A program made the translations under genes and the position numbers. The notes beneath the pieces were generated by a model, which was not told where the DNA came from, did not search any database, and saw only the letters and a program-made list of their open reading frames with translations. Below, one piece after another: positions 9,967 to 17,881 of a DNA stretch of 17,881 nucleotides (position 1 is the first letter of the stretch; each line of letters opens with the position of its first letter). Source of the DNA: Vitrella brassicaformis CCMP3155 (taxonomy: Eukaryota; Protista; Chromerida); NCBI GenBank assembly GCA_001179505.1, contig CDMY01000812.1:1-17881 (forward strand), read 5' to 3'.

Positions 9967-10266
9967 NNNNNNNNNNNNNNNNNNNNNNNNNNNNNNNNNN
10001 NNNNNNNNNNNNNNNNNNNNNNNNNNNNNNNNNNNNNNNNNNNNNNNNNNNNNNNNNNNNNNNNNNNNNNNNNNNNNNNNNNNNNNNNNNNNNNNNNNNN
10101 NNNNNNNNNNNNNNNNNNNNNNNNNNNNNNNNNNNNNNNNNNNNNNNNNNNNNNNNNNNNNNNNNNNNNNNNNNNNNNNNNNNNNNNNNNNNNNNNNNNN
10201 NNNNNNNNNNNNNNNNNNNNNNNNNNNNNNNNNNNNNNNNNNNNNNNNNNNNNNNNNNNNNNNNNN
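9967..10266. other. Assembly gap (300 N) between the duplicated copies
   Basis: Run of N. Confidence 1.
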
Positions 10267-12163
10267 ATACATCCATCTGGCAAGAATACACCAAGAACGC
10301 ACCCTTCTCGTCATAAAATGACATCGAATTCATTCATCCACACATGCACACACCATACAGATCCGAAAAAGACTTACAGCCAGTCATGACCACCACGGAC
10401 AATCTGGCGCGCAGAGAGAGACCCAGTGCTGCGAACAAAAACAATGGGGTGCTGGGCTACGACAACAACAATCACGAATGTCACTCACCTATCCATCGAC
10501 CTTGGCTTGTGCAGGCAATGCAATGGTCCATGTGATGCGATGCACTAAATGGTGGCCGCTCCCCACGCCACGCCGTAGCTACCACGTCACGTCGTGTACG
10601 TCGCACTCCTCACAGGCAGGATCCATCGACTGACCTATCCCTCCCTCCCGTCTTCCCTGCGTCTCCTCTGCCATCGGCAGAGAGTAAGGACGCACACACG
10701 CACGCACGAACCGACCGAAGACAGAATGCACGCAGGAAATTAGGCCAGGGAGCTTAGCTCGGCTCAGCCAGAGACGCATGCAGCGTGACAGAGCGATAGA
10801 GGATGTCTCTCTCTCTCTCTCTCTCTCCGATCAATCACTAAAGGGATTGGTGTCATGGCAAGTAGACAGGCGGGAAGGAAGGGAGGAAGACACAAGCGAA
10901 GTGACATGGTGCGATGCGATGATGCGATAGGACGGAGAAAAACGATAACGCAAAGGCCGCCATAGACCCTCTCGCCCCCCTCCCATCGCTCTCTCTCTCG
11001 TGTGTGTGTGTGTGTGTGTGTGTGATATGTAGTGGCACGAAATCAGTCATTGATCAGTAGGTGGGCTGGGGGCACGCATCCATGCAAAGGTGGGATAGGG
11101 GTAACCGACACAACAGCCGAAGTGGATAAGAAAAGACCCTCTGTGCGTGTGTGTGTGTGTGTGTGTGCAAAACCTCCCTTCCCGTCATATCTGACCCAAT
11201 GATCGGGGGAAGCAAGAAAAGGTTACCACTCACCGTTGAAAGCAAGCCATGGCAAGCGTATGTGCATGCTCTCTCCCTCCCTGACTTTTCTCCCCTTCCC
11301 TTTCTCTGTGAATGGAATGTGTGTGTGCACGTGGCAAGACAAATACCCCATCGTGAATTATGGATGTGCATGCAGCAATGCAGTGACATCTGTATGTATG
11401 TATCTGGCATGCAGGCAGCCATCCATCCATCGTCATACATACACACAGACATACACGCATACGACCGGATCGTGGCTTGCGGCGCATCGTATGCGTGTAT
11501 CATTGCCTGTGACCGGCATCGCATCATCCCTTGCATGTATGTATGTATGTGTGCATGTATGTGTGTATGCATGCAGCGAAAAACTGCCAATGCCATACAA
11601 TACACGACCAGGCGAGTTACCAGCATCCAGTAGCCATAATTGTGATCCGTGGATGTGTGTGTATACATGCGTGTGTAAGTACGGAAACGAGAATCGTACC
11701 CCTCACTCCCCGCCCCTGTGCCATGTGTATATACCCTGCGCCCCACACCAATCCATCCATCCACACATCGCATAACTCGAGCACAAACAGAGAATCTGGC
11801 AAACAAAAACAACATCAAACACAGACGGAAAGCACAAGCAGCAATGGAGGGAGCCGACCGACAGAACACATAGGTGCACATCGCATGCAAGCAAGAGGGC
11901 GAGGTTATAAGAGGCCACCGCCAGTACTAGTAGCCTGTTAGCCGACGGGTGAGTGGGTTGGACACACAGATCCACCGGCAGACAGACAGGCAGGTAGACA
12001 GATGGACGTGAACAGCAACATTCACTGACGACAGAGGGTGACAAGAAAGAGAGCCAGCGACGAGACAGCCAGGCATTTCAATAGGCCAACCACAGACACG
12101 AACTTACCCAATCGACGCATGTAGTGCATCCCCACTCATCCGCATCTGTCTGTCTATCCATCC
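10267..12163 (+). repeat. Copy 2 of the ~1.9 kb duplication
   Basis: Starts ATACATCCATCTGGCAAG as at 8038. Differs by scattered substitutions and simple-repeat length changes (e.g. shorter CCCT run, one GACCGAA unit fewer). Confidence 0.95.
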
Positions 12164-12206
12164 GTATTGGCTTGTCTATCCCTCCCTCTCCCCGTCCCTC
12201 TAGTAG

Positions 12207-12506
12207 NNNNNNNNNNNNNNNNNNNNNNNNNNNNNNNNNNNNNNNNNNNNNNNNNNNNNNNNNNNNNNNNNNNNNNNNNNNNNNNNNNNNNNNNNNNNNN
12301 NNNNNNNNNNNNNNNNNNNNNNNNNNNNNNNNNNNNNNNNNNNNNNNNNNNNNNNNNNNNNNNNNNNNNNNNNNNNNNNNNNNNNNNNNNNNNNNNNNNN
12401 NNNNNNNNNNNNNNNNNNNNNNNNNNNNNNNNNNNNNNNNNNNNNNNNNNNNNNNNNNNNNNNNNNNNNNNNNNNNNNNNNNNNNNNNNNNNNNNNNNNN
12501 NNNNNN
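12207..12506. other. Assembly gap (300 N), probably hiding the 3' end of the minus-strand Pro-rich gene
   Basis: Run of N; the minus frame is open up to the gap edge. Confidence 1.
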
Positions 12507-15091
12507 GAGGCCGACGGTGGTGGTGCCTGCCGACGATACACCTGTCTTGGGCATCCCCCCTTCCAGGCCCCTGTAGACGTTGAGGAATGCCGTGCTCGAG
12601 AAGCCCCTCCTCGGCGTGCCCTCAGGCCTGCCCGGACTCACCGCCGCTGCGGCAGGCAGACTGGTTGACCGTGGCAGAGCCGGCACATCAGACTCAGACG
12701 CAGCAATGGGGCTGGCGACCTCCTTCGGACTCGATGACGCGTCTTTGGTCGATCGTGTGCGGCCCGACCTCGGCGGGGGTCGGGGCGGTGGGAGGGTCGC
12801 TGGAGAAATGTATGGGGGCTGGGCCGGAGGGGGCGCCGCTGGGACGTCGGGCAGCAGCTGGTAGGTGTCGCCGCTCTGCTTGGATGGCTTGGATGGGTGG
12901 AATATCCGCTTGCTGGCCCGCCTGGTGTCGCAGTGTGGTCGCTTGAAGCCGCCCTCCCCGTCATCCTCCATGGCCACGGTGTCGATCGACTCCATCGACG
13001 GCCCCCCGGCAGACGGCAGGGACGTCTGCGGGGACGAGGGGAAAGCACCTGTGCAGATGGACGGGTAGGAAGACAACAACACAACAGAAGAGACATCGAT
13101 ACAGTGTGGATGGATGCACAGGCGGTTTGGTCAGTTCTCACTCGCTTGCATCATGGTAGTGCTTGTGAGTGAGCTGTATGGCGTGGATGTGAGGGCACTG
13201 GACGTGCGAGACAGGCTGGGAGGGGGCGGGGGCTGCCAAAGCGGACGAGCCGTGGCCGAAGTGACAGGCAAACGACGCGACGCACCACCATAGCGAGTCG
13301 CCACGCCCCCGCCTCCTCCTGCTGGTGGCCCCGGCGCACCTCCCAACCGACCAGCCTCCTGTGCAAAACCGGGTGGCGCCGGCTGGCCCTCCGGAGCCGG
13401 GTAAGACGGCATCATGCCGCCCTCCCTCTGCTGCTGGTGTTGTTGCTGTAGCAGCCCCCTTTCCTTGAGAGTGAAGGGAGACGACGGCAGATCTGATGGA
13501 GGGGGGCCCTGCCAGCTCCCTGCTGCCTGTGTGTCTGGGGGGAATGGGGAAGGAGAGGGCTGCAGCTGCCTCGGTGCTGATGCAGAGGGCCTGAGGGGAA
13601 GCTGGGGGGGCTGGTCAATGCCTGGGGGACGCATCAACGGTGGAGGCACCCGGTGAGGGGGGACAGCAGGAGGCTGACCCACACCACAACACAACCACAC
13701 ATGTGAGTGCTATACGCTTTTCTTGTCTGCCCCCCCAACTTACCATTTGTGTATGTGTGGTTGCATCTTTCGGCTGGACGGCGCCCAGTCGCACCGCATT
13801 GGCCAGCGCCAGGTACCGCGTCCGCCAGTACTCGATGGCCGGGTGGTCCTCCGGCGGGGAAGGGGTGGGGGGAGCGTCACGCAAGCGCTTCACCTCCTCT
13901 GTGAGGGCATCGTTCTTCTTCTGATGGAAAGAAAGGGGCGTAGTGATCATCTCTCTGGTCGACACAGAACTCTTGCGTGCCTGTAGTTTTTGTATTCTGT
14001 GGTCGAGCTGACTCATCCGTTGGTTAATCTCGTCTCTGAGCACCAACCGATACTCCATCGGATCGTCACCAGCGCTCCACACTATCTTGAAATCTGACAC
14101 ATACAGACCAGACAGTCAGACGGGCGCAGTCTTGCACACGAGTTTCCCCTTGACTCACTGACTCACCCGGTGGCACATAGACGAATTCCCACTCGCATTC
14201 GAAATAGCCCTCCCAGTTTGGCTCGTCAAGCACCTTTCGACGACACACGAACTCAGCCTGACCGCCAGCAGTGTGGTACACACGCCTGTGGTTCAAGTGG
14301 CGCAACGGGTCTGTCCGGGGCGGCCTGCCGGCCCGCACGTCCTCGGCGCCGCCTCTCTCCCTCTGCTGCATGGGAAGGGGAGGGGGTGGTGACAGTGGAG
14401 GCGGCGGGGGCGGTGGGGGAGTCATGCGTTAGAGGGGGGCGGCGGTCGATACCCACCAGATCCCCTCCCAGCAGGGGAAGGCACTCCCGGGTAGGCCGGC
14501 TGCCTCTGCGATTCGCCAGCGCCACTGGACGGGGGTGGCTCGCTGTTCCGCGGCTTCACCTCCCACGAGCGCACGTCCGTCCCGGGGCCACAATAAAGGG
14601 GTCATGGGCCTCGTAAGGAGGCGGGTCGCGAGAGGCACGCGCTGCCTCGTATGGCATGGTCTCTGGCAGCGGTTCGGTGGTCAGGGGAGGGCGCGAAGAG
14701 GGAGGAGGGAAGATGCGAGTCGTGGAAGGGATGGCAGCTAAAACGCAGCCAATGCAGACCGACAGAAGTATTCCATTTTACACCGAGTCAGTCCATATGC
14801 AATACTCAAGTATTGTGATAGTTGGGTGGCTGACCTGGTAGGCCTTCGTGAAGCGGAGGCGCTGAAGCAGCACCTGAGGGCGACGGCTGAAGGGATGGGA
14901 GCGCTCCTGAGCATCACAAGAACACACATGGAGGAAACGTGAATGCATACGCAGCATCACGGCAGCACTATATATATCCTGACTGATTCTTGTGAGTGCT
15001 TACCCTCTTCTGCTTGTTGACTGATCGGATGTGGTGGAAACTCAGGAAGATCTGCTGGGACGCCTTGCTGCTTCCCCTGCTTTCTGCTCAT
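12507..15091 (-). pseudogene. Multi-exon proline-rich protein of unknown function with a central globular/coiled-coil segment; two apparent -1 frameshifts
   Basis: Exons 15091-15004, 14906-14835, 14737-14167, 14093-13744, 13673-13142, 13048-12507(gap), with GT-AG introns in matching phase (1,1,1,0,1). In exon 3 the incoming frame stops at 14558-14556, the next frame stops at 14424-14422, and the exon exits in the third frame, so shifts are needed near 14578 and 14426. Could be an intact gene with assembly errors. Confidence 0.7.
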
Positions 15092-15099
15092 GAATCGGC

Positions 15100-15480
15100 G
15101 TGCTCGTCTAATAGAGTTACTGCCTGCCCCCCGTGCCCTTACAACGGGCAGCAGCAGCGGTGTCACGGAACGGCAACCGCCTGAGCTCAGCTGCGAGCTC
15201 GCGGCAGTGGATCGACTTCCCCGTCCGTCGGTGTCTGCATCTGCATGGGTGCGTTCGTGGTTCTGCATGGGTGGGCGGGTTGATTGGCAGGGTCTGTCGA
15301 TCATTGACCGATCTGTTTCCCACCGTGTGTTTGTTGCTCGCGTTGTTTGTTTGCGTTCGTGAGGACTTCTTTCGTTGTGTCCGGCCGTGAGGCCATTCGC
15401 ACTACGCGTGAACCGCTTCCCCCAAGCGTGCCTTTGTGCCTTGCACTTTGCCCGTGAAGTGCATTTCGAGTGAGTAGGCG
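15100..15480. promoter_or_regulatory. Probable shared promoter/5' UTR region of two divergent genes
   Basis: Lies between the minus-strand ATG at 15091 and a plus-strand GTGAGT donor near 15470 that leads toward the CCCH gene. Positional inference only; no motif identified. Confidence 0.3.
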
Positions 15481-16064
15481 TAGCGGTACGCAGATACGCG
15501 CGCCAGATCTATCTCGCTCGTGCCCTTCTGTCTGTGCGTGTTGCTTTTGGAGTGCGTGCATGGTGTGTTGATGGCCGGTTGCTGGCTGGCTGGCTGGCTG
15601 GCTCTTCACACCTGCTGTTTTTCTGTTTGTCGAGCGAGGCGTGGTGGGAGTTGGTTGCGTGGTTGCATGCTGGGAACGGAAGGCGAGGGAGCAAGGTTAG
15701 TGAGCCACTGATTGATAGTGTGTCAGTCATATAAGAAGCAAGGGGGGATTGGCGGTGTGTTGCTTTTTGGTGGTTGCGTGCTAGTCAGGCCCATACATCT
15801 CAAGAGAGGCCTGACTGGCTGTGTGACAGTCAGTCTGTCTGCCTGCTTGCCTGTTGGGTGCTGTCTGTCGTCGTGTAGGTACTTGGTGACACATACATAC
15901 GTACAGTCTTAGTCGAATACATAGATGCATGCATCCATAGAAGGTTCATTCGTACGGGGACAGACAAGACAGGGGGAGAGAAGGGACAAGGCAGGCAGCA
16001 CAATCGATTATCAGAAAAGATAGGCAGGTAGGGGAGCAGGTCGTTCCTTTGTGTCGTATTTGAG

Positions 16065-16740
16065 GTGAAGACGGCCAATCCATACCCATCCACTGGTGGA
16101 GAGGCCTCGGCCCATCCCGCCTCATCCAGTGCGGCGGCCTCACAATTCTATAAGACTAGAATCTGCAGGTACGCACACGTGCACAGCACAGATGGCACGA
16201 CCAGCATGATCATTCATCTGTGTCGTTTGTTCTCCTGTGTACTTCGATCAGATTCTGGCAACAGATGAGCGTGACTGCATGCATACATGCCATGTGTCGA
16301 TCAGTCGTCGTCTCATGGTTGCCCTGCCCCATGCTCGGTGTGTCCATCAGGGAGAGTGCACCCGCGGTGAGAACTGCCGGTGCGCTCATAGCCTCGAGGA
16401 AGTCCGGACGAGACCTGACCTCACTAAGGTACGCCGCGCATGCTGCATATGTAGAGGACTCGACTGGATGGCTGGCTGCTGTGTGAGGGCGCAGACCCGG
16501 CTGTGTGAGAACTTCCAGAAAGGCGAATGCTCAGACCCAAATTGTGCCTATGCGCACGGTACGTATGGCTGCACCGAAGTGCATTCACGGCACCTTTGAC
16601 CTCTGTCAGCGTGCGTGCTTGTAGGTGAGGATGAGCTTCGTTCGACAGATGACTTCTACAAGACATCGTTGTGCGTCTTTTGGAAGCGAGGCACCAATTG
16701 CTCTCGTCCGCATCTCGAAGAGCTTCTGGAAGAACGCTGA
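16065..16740 (+). pseudogene. Tandem CCCH (C3H1, TIS11-like lead-in) zinc-finger RNA-binding protein; one non-canonical donor and a defective third finger
   Basis: Exons 16065-16168, 16252-16264, 16351-16428, 16495-16558, 16625-16740. Spliced peptide: FYKTRICRFWQQGECTRGENCRCAH (C-x7-C-x5-C-x3-H), PDLTKTRLCENFQKGECSDPNCAYAHG (C-x7-C-x4-C-x3-H), [27 protein letters not shown] (lacks one Cys). Intron 16265-16350 begins ATGAGC. A possible upstream ATG exon at 15925-15951 is uncertain. Confidence 0.8.
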
Positions 16741-16779
16741 TAGTTTAGGCATTTTTCCAAGACAAAGGTCCCAAGACGA

Positions 16780-17790
16780 CTACCTTGACATCTGCGCTTT
16801 TGTGGGGGATGCACTTATTGGCGTGTGCGCTATTTTTCTGTGCTTCTGTACTGCAATATGTTGGCTAATATTGGCCGAGCCCTTCGTGAGGAGTCTCTTC
16901 CTGTTGTGGCTGTCGAAAAAACGCCTCAGCCGCTCACTCACTGAAGAACACAAAAGCCAGAACGGACACAGACGGTTGCACGTGAAGAGGCGATCAGCTC
17001 GGTGTGCGTCGTCTCGGTACTGGCGGTGGTGTGTCTATCGGTGGTCGGTGCGTCGGTCTCATCGGTAGTCGGCGCGTCTGTCGGTGGCGGTGAGTGTGTC
17101 TGTCGGTCACGGATTCGTCAGAGTACGCCCGCTATCGGTCGTTCGACAGCGTCGCGTTACGATTCCGGCACTGGTGGGTATACGGGGGCGCTGACGGTCT
17201 CGGACAGAATACACTATCGCCCTGACGTCCAAACAGATGGCAGATACACAAAACAGGCCTGTGTGTGCGCAGGTCTGTCGGTTAGTCTACTGTCAGCGTT
17301 TCTGCAGCGCTTCGCGGTGACTGACGGTGTCACAGTAGTATTGCGACGGCTCGGTACACACGACAGCAACGACTCTGCGGCACACAACAAGACAAAAGAG
17401 AAACAAACAAGTCACGGCGCAGATGCACCAGTGATACGTTGGCTGGCACAGCAGATGCACCAGTGATACGTTGGCGTATCCTCTCCTCTGTGCCTCTCTG
17501 GGTGTGTGTGATGTGCGTGATAAGACAGAGGCAGACAGACAAACAGACAGAAGAGAAGCACCAACGCGCCACCGCCCTCTCTGTACGTGCGGGTGAAGTG
17601 TGAGAGAGAGGGGTGACTGGCTCTAGTGGTGGTGAATAGGTGGGTGATGAGGTGGATGATGTGATGGACCCTCAAGACGAGTAACACGGGGTAAGCATGT
17701 GTGGCTCACGTTGTCTTCTCTCCGAGGGCAGGGGAGGAGAAGGACCCTTGACGTGTGTAACACTCCACGTAGTCCACGGCGACGCAACAC
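16780..17790 (-). other. Possible exon remnants of a minus-strand Ser/Thr/Pro-rich (mucin-like) gene
   Basis: Minus frame near 17090-16980 reads SPPPTDAPTTDETDAPTTDRHTTASTETTHTELIASS. Donor/acceptor-like signals occur near 17710, 17670 and 16940. I could not build a continuous open model. Confidence 0.3.
17419..17475. repeat. 25-bp perfect direct repeat with 7-bp spacer
   Basis: GCAGATGCACCAGTGATACGTTGGC at 17419-17443 and 17451-17475. Confidence 0.95.
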
Positions 17791-17881
17791 GACACTCACG
17801 GCAACGCAACACCACAAGACGCAACACAGAACAAGCCGAAGGGCGGACGCACCACAAGGGGGGATCGCTGATGTGTCCTCT

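Noticed and set aside
9012-12044. Many overlapping 60-280 aa ORFs rich in C/M/V/H/T
   Set aside because: They arise from (GT)n/(ATGT)n microsatellites in the duplicated non-coding segment, with no motifs; some differ in frame between the copies.
12587-13986. Gly/Ala-rich plus-strand ORFs
   Set aside because: Antisense shadows of the Pro-rich minus-strand exons, which have the splice signals.
4979-14580. Programmed -1 ribosomal frameshifting as the explanation of the shifts
   Set aside because: No X-XXY-YYZ slippery heptamers were seen at the inferred sites, and in-frame stops also occur.

Overview
Eukaryotic, intron-rich genomic DNA. Introns are short and GT-AG, with GTGAG/GTAAG/GTACG donors and (GT)n, (CTGT)n, (CA)n microsatellites. 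The style resembles the chromerid alveolate Vitrella brassicaformis (an inference from style, not a database match). The window has four fixed 300-N scaffold gaps. Exons spliced by hand give, in order: (1) a GH97 (SusB-like glycoside hydrolase) N-terminal domain gene with a premature stop and truncation; (2) a small secreted Cys-rich protein; (3) the 3' end of a restriction-like-endonuclease (CRE/R2-type) non-LTR retrotransposon, with a strong hairpin in its presumed 3' UTR; (4) a multi-exon DUF2254 membrane-protein gene with stops and frameshifts; (5) a ~60-75 bp minisatellite array; (6) a ~1.9 kb near-identical duplication around a gap; (7) a minus-strand Pro-rich gene with frameshifts; (8) a tandem CCCH zinc-finger gene with a defective splice donor and a broken third finger. 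The main signal is that nearly every recognisable gene keeps clean exon/intron phasing yet carries lesions, and every frameshift I can infer is -1. This fits a pseudogene-rich region or systematic assembly error; RNA-level repair is a less likely alternative. No rRNA, tRNA or CRISPR array was seen.
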